Shown: piece by piece, positions 13,759-26,821 of the stretch | Position numbering within the stretch: position 1 is the first letter of the stretch | Layout: every line of letters begins with the position of its first letter | Assembly (NCBI RefSeq): GCF_006345805.1 | Contig: NC_043000.1 | Span: forward strand, 104,904,001 to 104,968,000 | DNA: 64,000 nucleotides | Source of the DNA: Octopus sinensis | Lineage: Eukaryota | Direction of reading: 5' to 3' | Made by a program: the position numbers and the translations under genes | The notes under the pieces: generated by a model | What the model saw: only the letters and a program-made list of their open reading frames with translations | Database searches by the model: none | Told to the model about the DNA's origin: nothing

Positions 13759-14793
13759 GGGAGAGTAGACATCAAGAGAGGCATCTTCCAAGGGGACTGT
13801 CTGTCCCTAGTGATCTTTGTACTGTGCATGATACCACTAGCACTGACTCTGAGAAAAGCAAACACTGGGTAGGTATTCAAGAGCCACCAACAAAAATTGA
13901 ACCATTTGCTATTCATGGATGACCTCAAACTTTATGGTAAAGATGAATCCCAAGTCAGTTCCCTCGTTGATACGGTGTATACCTTCAGTGCTGATATCAG
14001 AATGGAGTTCGGATTGAAAAAGTGTGGTGTATTAGTCTTGAAGAGAGGCAAAATCAAATGTATGGACGGGCTAGCGATACCATCGGGGGAGGTTATGAAA
14101 CAGATAGAAGAGACGGACTATGAGTATTTAGGAATATTGGAAATGGAGAAATTGATAGAGAAAGAAATGACAAAAAAATTTAAAGCGGAGTACTTGCGCA
14201 GATTGAGACTGATCCTCAATTCAAAATTAAATGGACGGAATAAGATTGAAGCTATCAACACCTGGACGGTTTTACTACTTAGATATGGAACAGTGGTAAT
14301 CGCATGGACAGAAGACGAACTAAACAGCTCAGACAGAAAGACAAGGAAGTTGCTGACTAGATATGGGACACTCCACCCAAAAAGTGACACAGCCAGACTG
14401 TATGTACCACGGAAAAGAGGAGGAAGAGGTTGGATGTGAATACAGCATTAGAGTAAAAGAAAATATCATAGCATGCTATGTAAAAAATGCCACAGAACCA
14501 CTATTATTGGAAGTAAGAAGGTCAGGGTTGTGTAGAATGGAAAATTGTAAAGATAAAGCACTGTACAAGGACTTCAGAATGAATGAAACTGAAAATAGGT
14601 GGATAAATAATAGAATGCATGAACAATTTCATAGGGATGCTGAAGTTAAGACAGACAGAGAAAAAAGATGATTGTGAATGACTAAAATTGATTTAAAACC
14701 GGAAACGGAGACTCTAATCTGTGCTGCCCAAAAGCAAACATTAAGAACCAATTACATCAAATACAGAATAGACAACGCATCAGAAAGTGCAGA
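13759..14793 (+). mobile_element. RLE LINE reverse-transcriptase fragment lacking the 3' end
   Basis: RGIFQGDCLSLVIFVLCMIPL...NHLLFMDDLKLYGK...MEFGLKKC...YEYLGILE...INTW...LHPKSDTARLYVPRKRGGRG...LKPETETLICAAQKQTLRTN. (AAT)n on the left, (ATT)n on the right. Confidence 0.92.
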
Positions 14794-14818
14794 ATTATTA
14801 TTGCTATTATTATTATTA

Positions 14819-14887
<69 letters not shown>

Positions 14888-15784
14888 TTTTCATGGAGAA
14901 TATTGTGTAAAAGACTTAATACCACCACCTGAGACCTGGGCACCGCTAACATATTGACTTTGTTACAGGAATATGGGTCCAGTCTCCAGCGTAGGAGCAT
15001 CTTGCAAATGATCTCTATCTATTATCAAAATTTGCCCCTCTGCAATAGACCTAGCCCACTAGCGATCTTCACCTGATTAATCCATAAAACCCCTTTAAGA
15101 TGATAATAACATTCTTCGATTTTCGGTTCTACAGTATTTGCTTTTAACTAGCTATATCCTTTTTTAGCCAATCACGAGTACATTATATATCATAGTATAT
15201 TGAGAATCAATTATAGTGTAAAGTAAAATTTTGCGTCTTTGTCAATCAAATTAAATTATTCCCTCTCTGTTTTTCTTCATGTGTGTGTGGGTGTGTTCGT
15301 GCGTTCGTGAGTATGCATGTGTGTACGTGTGTGTGTGTGTGTAAGGGCTGAAAGAAACTGAAGGACTAAATACGAATATTATCTAACTATCTCTCTATTT
15401 ATCTTCGTATCTCCCTTGTATATGCATTTCAAGGAACAATTGTAAACTCGAATCTTGTAATGTAATAAATAACTTCAACGTATAATGTAATTAATTTATC
15501 TATTTATTTCCGTAGTGTATACATATCAGAAGAAAAAAATGATCTGCTAAGAATACTAATAGAAATTTAATTATAATGGGTAAAAAGAAAAGGATATACC
15601 CATTTCAAAAGGTAGAATAACAAATTAAAATTTTCTGTAACTAGCAAGATAAGACTGAATACTTGTAAATTTCAAAGAAGTCTAAAATATATATTGCAGT
15701 TCTTAACAATCAAGAGGATTTATGAGTGCTTATACAAGACCGAATGTTACGTACGAGAATATATATATATATATATATATACGC

Positions 15785-15845
<61 letters not shown>

Positions 15846-15851
15846 TATATA

Positions 15852-15897
<46 letters not shown>

Positions 15898-16250
15898 ACA
15901 CAAGTCTAGGCATCAGATAGTCGCCTTGCCGGCGATTGCAAAACCTAAAATTTTAGTCCCAGTAAATGTTACACAACACCTCACAAACCCTCTCCACCCT
16001 ACTAACATAATCCAGAGACAAGCCTGGACAAGGTATCCAGTCCAATATGGATCGCAGGCTCAAGAATATAGGAGTGCCATGATGTCAAGCGCTAGCAAAT
16101 GTTCCCCAAAACGTTCAATGCCATTTCCTGTATATCTGGTTTTATAACAGAATAACCTTCTCCTAGAGAAAAGCATTAACAAAAGCTAAGAGGTGTATTT
16201 GTAAAATAAAAATAAATTAAATAATTTATACATATAAATATAACGGCATG

Positions 16251-16284
<34 letters not shown>

Positions 16285-16844
16285 TGTATGTATGTATGTA
16301 TGTATGTATGTATGTATGTATGTATGTATACACACGTATAGCTGAACTAGTTGCAATCATGTTTGGACTTTCATTAGGCGGCAATAATTTATTAAAAGAA
16401 ACCTTTTGCCAAGAATGCGCTAAGTATGCAAATCGGACTATCCCATTTAAACCCTAAGAAATAGTTTATAAATATCCGTTGAGAGTTAAAGAGGGTACTC
16501 GGTTATTAGCACCATTTCACTGTATGAGTGGAATAAATTCGGCTGATCCCTATCTTTCTGTCTACAAATTTATTATGTATAATGACGAAGTGCTTATATT
16601 TGTATATATATAAAGTTTGCTAAATAATGATAGATATAGTCTGTAGCACATAAAGCAAAGTGGTTTTAAAGAACCCATCCTTCCTATCACGTTCTCTAAG
16701 ATGGTTATAAGGTCTTACATTTATGGAACGGTTACAAGCGATTAAATTGAATACAGTGTATATATATGTGTGTGTGTGTGTGTGTATGTGTGTGTGTGTG
16801 TGTGTATGTGTGTGTGTGTGTGTGTGCGTGCGTGCGTGTATAGG

Positions 16845-17238
16845 CTCAGGAGTGGCTATGTGGTAAAAAGCTTGCTTCTCAACCGGTTCAGTCCGACTGT
16901 GTGGCATCTAGGGTAAGTGTCCTCAACTATAGCCTCGGACCGACCAAAGGCTTGTGAGTAGATTTGGTAGGCGGAAACTGAAAGAAACCCGTGGTATATG
17001 TATTTATATGTGTGTATAATTTTATGCGTGGGTGTCATTGTGTCTGTGTTTCCCTCCCAAACCCCATCGCTTGACAACCGATGTTGGTGTGCTTGGTACC
17101 CGTAACTTAGCAGTTCGGCAAAAGAGGACGATAGAATAGGTACCAGGTTTACAAATAATAAGTCCTGGGATCGGTTTCTTCGACTAAAAAGCGGTGCTCC
17201 AGCATGGCCGCAGTCAAATTACTGACACAAGTAAAAAA
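16845..17238 (+). mobile_element. tRNA-headed SINE family B (CORE-like central block, internal TA/TG microsatellite)
   Basis: A-box-like tggctatgtggt, B-box-like ggttcagtcc, block gggtaagtgtcctcaactatagcctcggaccgaccaaagg, tail ...gcggtgctccagcatggccgcagtcaaa. Other copies at 55.7, 54.9-55.5 and 62.0-63.9 kb. Confidence 0.8.
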
Positions 17239-17279
17239 ATATATGTATGTATGTATGTATGGATGGATGGATGGATGTA

Positions 17280-17324
<45 letters not shown>

Positions 17325-17490
17325 AATCTTGCAAACCAAATCCAAAAACGAAATATATATATATATATATATATATATACCTGCGTACATGCACAGACAC
17401 ACACATTCATTTGAAGATTTCGCTGAGGCATCGTGATATATACGTTTGTGCATCTGTATGCATGTATGGATGTATGTAAATATATATATA

Positions 17491-18177
17491 TCTATAATAA
17501 TAAATGGAAAGCTTGTGTGTTTGTGAAATTGTTACTTTAACTCCTCCGAAACTACTCAACAGACATTGATGAAACTCTACATGTGCGTGTGACTTATGTC
17601 CATGCGGCCACTTGCGTACTTGGAATTTTAAAACAAATCGATTTTTAATCAGCATCGATTTTTTAGAAATCGTAAAATTTCAGCCTTTTTCGCACTAGCC
17701 ATCGTGACATCAATCTAACGAAAAACTTGACGGAAAATGTTTCATAGGTATAAACAGACAGCTTATTAACGGTAATCTATTTAGCATTTGTTAATTCTTC
17801 CTTTCAGTGCGAATTGTTTTGATTTGCTAAAAATGATTTCAATTCGTTGTTTTAATTCTCCAACATTTCAGGTTTTGATTATATAAGACCATTTTATTTC
17901 TCAAGCAAAATTTAGGCATTTTGCGGACTAGCCATCGAGACATCAATTTGACGAAATCTGCTCCAAAGCGTAAAATTTCGCCATTTTACGCACATGCACA
18001 AAAATGACGACAACACAGCTTCGCTACCAGACTCTGCTCATTTTTTCGTCAAATTGGTCCTACCCAATAACATAGATTTTAACTTTTTGAAAAATGTCGA
18101 TATTTGACGAAAAATGTTTCAGGGCTATAAACAGACATCTTATTCACGGTAATTTTTTTACCGGGTACCTCAGCTAG
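17491..18177 (+). mobile_element. Non-autonomous Helitron
   Basis: A|TCTATAATAATAAA 5' end and ccgggtacctcagCTAG|T 3' end, with the canonical A/T target. Internal imperfect direct repeats (ctagccatcg.gacatcaat; aaaatgtttca.gg.tataaacagaca). Confidence 0.75.
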
Positions 18178-18300
18178 TATAAATATATATATGTCTATGT
18201 GTGTATGTGTTTGTGTGAGCGTATGTGTATATACATGCATACATACATACATACATACATACATACATACATACATACATACATACATACATACATACAT

Positions 18301-18377
<77 letters not shown>

Positions 18378-18380
<3 letters not shown>

Positions 18381-18570
18381 GCCATGATAGATCGTTAGCT
18401 ACTACACACATTTTTTTCTCTCCTTGTTTTTTCTGTGTACCATTCTTTAGAAGAGCGAACGCTCGAAACATAAAATACCTTTTTCTATTCCTGAGCGCTA
18501 TACTAATACATCTGTTTGTTTGTACAGCACCTGCCTTCGTCTTTTGTTTATTTTCGTAAACTTTCCCTTT
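18378..18570 (+). mobile_element. Short Penelope-pLTR-like repeat with decayed hammerhead motif
   Basis: Same family as 55135-55320 (reverse). Contains gagc-gaac-gctc GAAAC. Flanked by (TA)n on both sides. Confidence 0.6.
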
Positions 18571-19224
18571 ATATATATATAAAGTGCTAGTGCTACCAGT
18601 TGAAGTTCCGCATAACGGATGCTAGCAAGTGTATGGGATGATCAAAAGAATGTGAGTTATAAGTCAATTGTTTGTTATACAAAATAAACGCGCAAATCAT
18701 TGCCTTATCTCATTTCTTATAATACGTATTGTTTTGGTTTTTCAAAAATGTTAAAAGCATTTAATCTATATCAGACAATCCTTCATGTAAACTATACTAC
18801 TGTAATATATTTATATGCACGACTGCGCATGTATGTGTGTGTGTGTGTGCGCGCGCGCGTGTGCCTACATGTGTTGTGTACAGAGATAAATGGAGAAGGA
18901 GGGAGAGAGTGGAAGACGAAGTAAGAATTTGTAATTTTGACTAAAAATTTCAAACAGGGATTTGGTTTATCATATCTTTCCTATTATGTAAATGGCTTTT
19001 ATTTATCCCTCGGACCGAGAGAAAAATAAAAGACAAAGTCGGTTCAGGCAGGATTTGAAGTCTGAACGTACAGGGACGTTGCTAACAATTGAAAACAATC
19101 TTCCTTGTTTCATTGAATATTTACCCCGTCCACCATCAGTAACTGCAGCAAAGACAAGAACCTTAATTATAATGATTTCTAACATAAACTGAACCAAACA
19201 AGTATTCTGGAAGGAAAAAAAGGG

Positions 19225-19375
19225 TGGTTCATTATATCAACCCCAACAATAGACTAGCGCTTTTGTACTTTCGAAGAATGAAAGATAAATTGAACCCGGT
19301 GGGATTTGATGTCAAATTCCGAAGAAATGGAAGCAAAGACCGCCACACATTTTGCTCGAAATTCTACCAAATCCC
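19225..19375 (-). mobile_element. Degenerate SINE family A copy
   Basis: gaagaatgaaagataaattgaacccggtgggatttga...ccacacattttgctcga matches the family A reverse complement. A further remnant lies at about 18985-19070. Confidence 0.55.
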
Positions 19376-19539
19376 CCAAAATACTACGATGCACTGATTA
19401 CTTTCAGAAGTGCTAATACTGTACAATATGGACAAATACACCCATTATAAAGAAGCTCTGTGGAAGACAGAGATAATGGACCAGAAAGCAAGTTACCTTA
19501 CCAGAACATATTTCACGACAATATACATACATACATACA

Positions 19540-19570
<31 letters not shown>

Positions 19571-20347
19571 TCGCATACACACACACACACGCGCGCAAGT
19601 GTGTGTATGTATTTCTCCCGAGTTTCATTAAACGTCAGGAGGAACTGGCTGTTCATAGTTCACAGGAGAAGCAAATAACTAAATTAAATCGAACGATGGA
19701 CATTTACAAAATAATATACTATACCCATTCGGTGTTCAGCACACACATATTACGCGTGCGCACACACACACACACACACATATACAAACACAAACATCAT
19801 CGAACTTAAGTAAACGTAATTACATAGTTATACGCTGTGGAAGCATGGTCAGTACATGAGAATGATTGCAACAATTAGGTATGTTACGAGAACATATAAA
19901 CACACACAAACAATAGAAAATCTCAAAACCAAGCTAATGATGCAATCGTAATAAGAATTTTGGGCGGGCAGATTAACTGTAGCACAAAATATATAGCAGG
20001 GGAAGAGGTGTGGGATTATATAAAAGATGGAACAGTAACGAGTAAAACAAGGCATCGTAACCATGGCTACGCCCAAGCAAACGATTAAAGTAAAGATTGT
20101 TTAAGCAAAACAAACAGAAGTCAGTACATAAATAGATGTCAGAAGATGAAGCAAACGAAACTGTGACATTTATATAATGTTTGAAAGAAGCCGAAATGAC
20201 ATAGCACGATTATCAAATAAAACGCAACAGAATACGGAAAAGATATATTAGGAGATTAACAGGCGGTATGGATTCAGAATATACGAAAAATGTTACCAAC
20301 ACTACGCTATTATTGAATATAACAACCATAATAATAATGGTTTCTAA

Positions 20348-21416
20348 TTTTGGCACAAGGCCAGCAATTTCAGGGGAAGGGGTAAGTTCATTACATCGAC
20401 CCCAGTTTTCAACTGGTATGTATTTTATCTGTCCCCGAAAGGCAATGTTAACCTCGCCGGGATTTGAACACAGAAAGTGAAAAGTTGGACGAAATGCCGC
20501 TATGAATTTTATTCGATGCACTAACGATTTTGCTAGCTCAACGCCTCAAAAATTTATTTATAATAATCCTTTCTACTATAAGCACAAGGACTGAAAGTGG
20601 GGCGCTTGTCGATTACTTCAGTCCTAATACTCAACTGGTACTTATTTTGTTGAATTTAAACTTAGAATGTAATTACAGACGAAATTCCATTACGCATTTT
20701 GACCGGTGTGCTAGCGTTTCTGCCAGCTCTCCGCTTTTGTAGTAATTAAGATAATAATCTTATCTATTACAGGCACAAGGCCTGAAATTTGGGGGAAGAG
20801 GATTAGTCGATTACATCGACTCCAATGCTTCACTAATTTTATCAACCCCGAAAGGATGAAAAGCAAAGTCGACCACGGTGGAATTTGAACTGAGAACGTA
20901 AATACGGATGAAATGCCACAAAGAACTTTTGAATGGCGTACTAACGATTCTTATTTCTTTATTGCCCACAAGGGGCTAAACATAGAAGGGAAAAACAAAG
21001 AAAGACAAAGGGATTAAGTCGATTATATCGACCCCAGTGCGTAACTGGTACTTAATTTATCGACCCCGAAAGGATGAAAGGCAAAGTCGACCTCGGCGGA
21101 ATTTGAACTCAGAACGTAGCGGTGGACGAAATACCACAAAGCATTTCGCCCGGCTTGCTAACGATTCTGCTAGCTTACTGCCTTAGTAATAATTATAATA
21201 ATGATTTTGAAAATTTTGGCACAAGGCCAGCAATTTCGGGGAGCGAGTAAATCGATTGCATCGAGCTCAGTGTTCAACTGGTACTTATTTTATCGACCTC
21301 GAAACGATGAAAGGCAAAGCTGACCCCGGCGGAATTCGAACTCAGAACGTAAAGACAGGCGAAATGCTACTAAGCATTTCTTCCGGCGTACGAACGATTC
21401 TGCCAGCTCATCGCCT
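20348..21416 (-). mobile_element. Five same-orientation SINE family A copies
   Basis: Copies at about 20348-20545, 20578-20730, 20772-20950, 20958-21185 and 21216-21416. Typical sequence: ggcacaagg...tcgaccccgaaaggatgaaaggcaaagtcgacctcggcggaatttgaactcagaacgta (abbreviated in the second copy). Confidence 0.85.
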
Positions 21417-21519
21417 TAAAAATAATTATGATAATGACGGGATATTGTTATCAAGAGCCACCAGGAAACCTATTCGAGACAGTCGATAATGTACCATCAA
21501 ATACATTATCGTCTGTTAT

Positions 21520-21720
21520 ATATGCTCTTATAAATATAAAGACCTGGAAACCAGATTGTGAAGAATGAGAACAGAAATAATCTCATTAATACTAAATGCT
21601 TTTGGAACGATGAAAAAGATGCCGACAAATACGTAACGCGAACACCCAGGACTTACAAATATAAAGGACAAAGGAATACAAGCCGAGAAGAGTGCTCCTA
21701 TGAAGTCAACTAACTTGTTA
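21520..21720 (+). mobile_element. Degenerate RLE LINE endonuclease-end fragment
   Basis: KYKDLETRL*RMRTEIISLILNAFGTMKKDADKYVTRT.PGLTNI; clearly homologous to 13400-13560. Confidence 0.7.
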
Positions 21721-21976
21721 GCAGTACCAACCAAATTTTCTCAAATTACAGTCTAATTAAGGAAGACGAAATTTAACAATTTAAATCTCTCTCTCTCTCT
21801 CTCTCTCCCTTTTCCTTTGTTTCTTTCTTAACGCTATGTTTTTTTTAAAAATGAAATCATAGCTTTGACGTCTGCTCCGACAGGATCGACCTGAAGCTAT
21901 ATAACAACAGTACAGAAATGTATATAGATTACGTATATAGATTACGGAAAATAATGTTAGTACAATAAAAAAAGGT

Positions 21977-22172
21977 GATGAGCTGGCAGAATCGTTAGCA
22001 CGATGGACGAAATGCTTCGTGGTATTTCGCCCATCGCTACGTTGAGTTAAAATTCCGCCGAGGTCGACTTTGCCTTCTATCCTTTCGAGGTCGATGAAAT
22101 AAGTACCAGTTACACACTGGGGTCGATGATATCGGCTATCCCCCTCTCCCAAATTTCAGGCATTTTGCCTAT
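21977..22172 (+). mobile_element. SINE family A copy, opposite orientation to the upstream cluster
   Basis: gtgatgagctggcagaatcgttagcacg...gagttaaaattccgccgaggtcgactttgcc; Pol III A/B-box-like motifs. Confidence 0.85.
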
Positions 22173-24309
22173 TGTAGAAAAGAATATTAATACAATAGAA
22201 AATATCGAAACAAAACACTTTATATTTCCAAGATACACAAAGTTGTGCTCGAATGTGCAGTGAAACAACACGATAAAAACAAGGCTACTGAATAAAAAAG
22301 AAAATTTATTTCTTTGTTAAACAACTGTCTCACACTTTCACTTGCGCTGCTGCTGTTTACAAAAATAAATAATAAAGACGGAGATGTTTATACCCATTGC
22401 ACATAAATAGATTATTGTCACTACTATATCCTATGATTAACGGATCATGTACAACAACAGAAATCTACACTGAAAGACGTGTAAAGCAAAAGCAAACCAA
22501 ACAATCAAAGTAAAAAGCTATGAAAAGATGATCAACTATCTTACTTACATTTGCATCTAGCTAGTCTAAAAAATAGTATATATCGTTTTATGCCAAGGTA
22601 TAGTAACTTATTTATTCAGGAGAAATCTGTCGCGAAGATTAGATGAATTCTGGAGACAAATTGTACATTCACTGAGAATGATGATTCATTAGTCTTATCT
22701 GAAATAATCGTTCGAACAGCTAAGAAAATTATAGCTAAAAGTCGGACATCGTAATTAACTTTTTTTGAAGAACTAGAATATAACTTTATAGACGTAATCG
22801 AACAAAGGCATTAAAACTTCCGTGAAAATACAAGAAAAGCTGTTAAAATATGGTGATGGTGATTTTTGATATGAAGTCTAGTTTTGAAAACGAATTCTCA
22901 TATATAATATATTCAGGAAAACACTCAGACGATATAATATCGAGAGAAAAAAGATTTCCACCAAAAGATGAGAATATTAGAAGTAGTTTTGAATAGGAAC
23001 GTTCCTATAAAAGAAATAATAATTTTGATAATAGGAAACTGAAATTTATGAAAATATGAAACAAAACTCGTTCTAGAACATTACAGTTGATTCTGCTTAA
23101 CTATAACTATAAAAATTTCGCTAACTGATATTCTAATGTAATTAACTGGAATATGTAATTAATTGAATTCGTCTAGAAGGCAATAAATTATAAGATATTC
23201 AATAGTAATATGACATTAGGTCTATAGAAAGGTATTATGGGTGTATTATTCGTACCTAGAAAGGATAGATTTGCTCGATCTAATCTAAATATTATAGGTT
23301 TGTATCGATATAACATTCGTTGAACTCAACTTTTATACATTTGATATTATTCTTGTTTAATCAGAAAATGGCTTTTACACACTTTGAATTAATCAACGAT
23401 TAAATAATAAAGCTCATGCAGATTAAGATAAAATAAAGTGAACCAGCCGCAGCTTAACCATTTAATTAACGTATTTCTGTTGAAACACGCTGTCTTTGTT
23501 TCAATTAAATTTGAAAGTATAAAAAGTTTAGTAAATTAACTTAATCATAATTTACTTGCCGTTTAGATGATAAATTAACCTTAAATTTTGATGGGAAGTT
23601 CTAATTTATATCACTTTAAAACATGAAGTTTGTATCATAGAATCAAGAGTGATTTTATCCGGATCGATAGCAAAATATTAATATTGTCGATAATGAAAAA
23701 ATTAATTAATTAATAAATTACATCCTATTCACTATTTATTCAAAACAATTTAAAATTATCTTTCTAGAAATTCTATCTACAATGAAGTTTTTTTTTTCAT
23801 TTAAGTTTTTTAGTGGACAATAAAAAATAAAGTCACACAACAATTCGAACTCTCATAGTTTCAATTTAGAACTTTTTACAAACATGAAATACTGTCACCT
23901 TTTTTAGTCATCATGAAAACGGAATTTCTAGGAATCACTTTATTATCGAATCACATGTTCAATTTTATGCTTAATTTTACTACTTTTAACCTAAAAGTCG
24001 GGAAAAAATATTATGCAATTAACCAAAATTAGCATTATTTGCATATTCAATGTAACCGATCAATTTTATATACATTTCATGGTAAACGGTTCGTTTTATT
24101 TTTAATTTTTGAAAGTTATGCAATTTTCCGGTGTGCAATCCAGTATGCAATTAAATGCAATCAACTGCAAAACTTACGATATGAAGTATGATTTAGATAG
24201 CAGTTGCCCGACAAGTAGTCGTTATGTGGTTCGAGTCACTCCGGTGAACCTGTTTTTCTGTCACAACTTGGTGGTTACCTGTAGCAATATCATAGTTAGC
24301 AAGTGGAAA

Positions 24310-24638
24310 GCAGTGAGGGCGCGTGGCTTAGTGGTTAGGGCATTCGGCTCATGATCGTAAGGTTGTGAGTTCGATTCCCGGCGACGCGTTGTGTCCTTGA
24401 GCAAGACACTTTATTTCACGTTGCTCCAGTCCACTCAGCTGGCAAAAATGAGTTGTACTTGTTTTTCAAAGGGTCGGCCTTGTCACTCTCTGTGTCACGC
24501 TGATTATCCCCGAGAACTACGTTAAGGGTACACGTGTCTGTGGAATGCTCAGCCATTTGCACGTTAATTTCACGAGCAAGCTGTTCCCTTGATCGTATCA
24601 GCTGGGACCCTCGTCGTCGTAACCGGCGGAGTCTTTTA
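24310..24638 (+). mobile_element. Full-length tRNA-headed SINE (head C + tail Y) with 12-bp TSD
   Basis: TSD agcaagtggaaa at 24298-24309 and 24639-24650. Head ggcgcgtggcttagtggttaggg...gagttcgattccc; core gtgtccttgagcaagacact; tail ...ccctcgtcgtcgtaaccggcggagt. Confidence 0.9.
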
Positions 24639-24834
24639 AGCAAGTGGAAAACTAAAGCTGGAATTATTGGTAAATATTTGTAACAAAATCAGTTGAACAT
24701 AAATAATTATTTGTGGTAGGATTTGAACAGAAAATATAGAGGCAAAATATTTTGTTCAGCGCTCTAACGTATATTATTCACTTCCTTTAACAGAAAAGAT
24801 TTCTAACGAAGACATACTATGATTATTCGGGGAG

Positions 24835-25290
24835 GGGTTTGGTAGCTAATCAAATTATATCAACGAAATACTTGACTGATCCTTTATTTTAATGACCCAT
24901 ATAACAGAAGTTTGAAATGCAAAGTTGATCGCAAGATTTTAACTCAGAACGTGACTAATAATTTTATTGACCCTAGAAGTATAAAAAGTAGAGTACATCA
25001 GCGAAATTTGAACTCGGAGCTTGGGTAGTACTTCCATGTTCAAATTCCCCTGTGGTAAACCTTACAAACTGCTGAAGTCAATAAAATAAATTTGGTTCTT
25101 TATGTTACCAGAAGGTTAAAATGCTGCAATTTTAACCATAGATGAATATGAAATCAAACCGAGATTAATACAATTTTTGACCCAAGAATTTTGAAAAGCC
25201 AAGTTGATCAAAGCGGGATTTGAACTTGAGTAAGTACTTTATATTACTTTATTTTAATAGTCCCGGAAGGTGGAAATGCAATGTTGAACA
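24835..25290 (-). mobile_element. Several highly decayed SINE family A remnants
   Basis: Repeated ttga(c)ccc.gaa...aaa...aaagttgatc...gatttgaact fragments. Confidence 0.45.
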
Positions 25291-26149
25291 CACATTAAAG
25301 GGCCGCTGCCCTCAATATCACACAGTTATTTATAGGTCTGATGTTTACTATTCAACCTCTAATAATATAAATGTTCAAGAGAAATAATTATAGTGCTATT
25401 TTCACTGTTGATTAAATATATCCTGTAGTTGTCACCTCTACCAACATTCTGTGTTGCTGGAGATGCAATAATCAAGTTATATTTAAAGCAAGTAAGGAGT
25501 TCGGTCAATGAAATCAGGACTGGCTAGCCTCATTGGTCCGTTTGTGTGTTATGTTGTCGTATATTGCGTGTGTATGGAAAGTATTGAGAGGGAAAGGAAA
25601 TAACTGGAAATGTGCGATGAGAGGGATTGGGGGAAATGAAGATATTGTACGTGTAGGGAGAGAGAGAGAATTGTGTGAGATGTACTGAGCCTAAGTTATA
25701 GGATATAAAACATTCACGTACATGTATGTATGTATGTACGTACGTACATACCGGCGCACATGCATATATATTTGTACATATAAGGATAAGAGAAATTATA
25801 GAAGGAACACATCTAGGCAATCAATACAAATTCCAAAGTAAAATTTAAAGCACACAACGAAATAAATATACATATAAATTTATATAAATAAGTGAATAAA
25901 ATTACATGTAAAAGTTATATGTAAAATCTATGTATCATGTACGGTGGGTTCAGGTACCGAATGGAGAAGTAACAAATAAACAGACAAAAATCCAAGGTAA
26001 GGGCTTCTATCAAATTATCATCATGTAGGATTTCATCACGAAGGAAACCATCCTGATGTGGTGGTGATGGTGGTGGTGGGGCATTATGTTTTTGTATATG
26101 GAATACTTAAAACACCATTTATACATTTAATGTGCCCCTGAAACGGCTG

Positions 26150-26450
26150 TAGATGATGTCCTTTACCCGAATCTGTATATTTAGCTTATCTAATAATTTT
26201 TACCAAATTTATTTACCCTTGAATTTTTAAATTTTGAACTCTCGTCCGACAATTCATATAAAATAGTTCTATGTTTAAGAGATGAGGAATTATGTACATT
26301 ATTTACATTGTTTACAATTGATGGATATTTGTCCTCATCTTGTTTGTTGTTAACACAACGTTTCGGCTGATATACCCTCCTGCCTTCATCAGGCGTCTTG
26401 AGGAAATTTCGAACCTGGGTTCTCATTCCTAAGGTATTTTTCGATGTTGC
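26150..26450 (-). mobile_element. Penelope-pLTR-like short repeat
   Basis: Contains acgtttcggctgatataccctcctgccttcatcagg, the ACGTTTCG...TTCATCAG signature of PLE terminal repeats; abuts (GTT/ATT)n. Confidence 0.6.
26352..26397 (-). ncRNA. Candidate minimal type I hammerhead ribozyme
   Basis: Minus strand: GACGC CUGAUGA a GGC[aggagggtatatca]GCC GAAA CGU U GUGUU. Stem I GACGC/GUGUU (2 GU pairs), 3-bp stem II, ACGU palindromic stem III. Confidence 0.55.
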
Positions 26451-26464
26451 TGTTGTTGTTGTTG

Positions 26465-26506
<42 letters not shown>

Positions 26507-26782
26507 TCACTGACAAGTAAAAGAGATAAAAGAGGAACGAAGAAAGTTCCATGAGAAACACCAGAATACTTCCACATGGCCTTCCTTGCTTGTATACAAT
26601 ACATCTAGAATATAAATAGGGGAACTTGTAAAGATAATTTATGAACACCCTAAATTATATAACCAATTGATGAAGCTCAGGGTAGCGGCTTTAGTAGCCC
26701 CGGAGACTCGCTCTCTCTCCCCTCGTATCTATCCCCGCTCTGTCTGTCTGTCTCTCTTTGTCTCTGTCTCTCTCTGTCTCTG

Positions 26783-26821
<39 letters not shown>

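Noticed and set aside
15905-16147. Higher-complexity tail of ORF 15722-16147
   Set aside because: No motif recognised in any frame; the ORF start lies in a microsatellite.
19960-20080. TATA-like tatataaaag near GC-rich motifs
   Set aside because: TATA-like words are ubiquitous in this AT-rich DNA and no downstream gene is evident.
20348-21416. Regularly recurring motif resembling a repeat-spacer (CRISPR-like) array
   Set aside because: The units are about 200-bp diverged SINE copies with irregular spacing in a eukaryotic context, with no cas genes.
24310-24385. tRNA-like sequences (also at 16845, 46100-46173, 47045 and 55726)
   Set aside because: They are SINE heads: they run directly into SINE bodies, several with TSDs, and show no clean acceptor stem or terminator.
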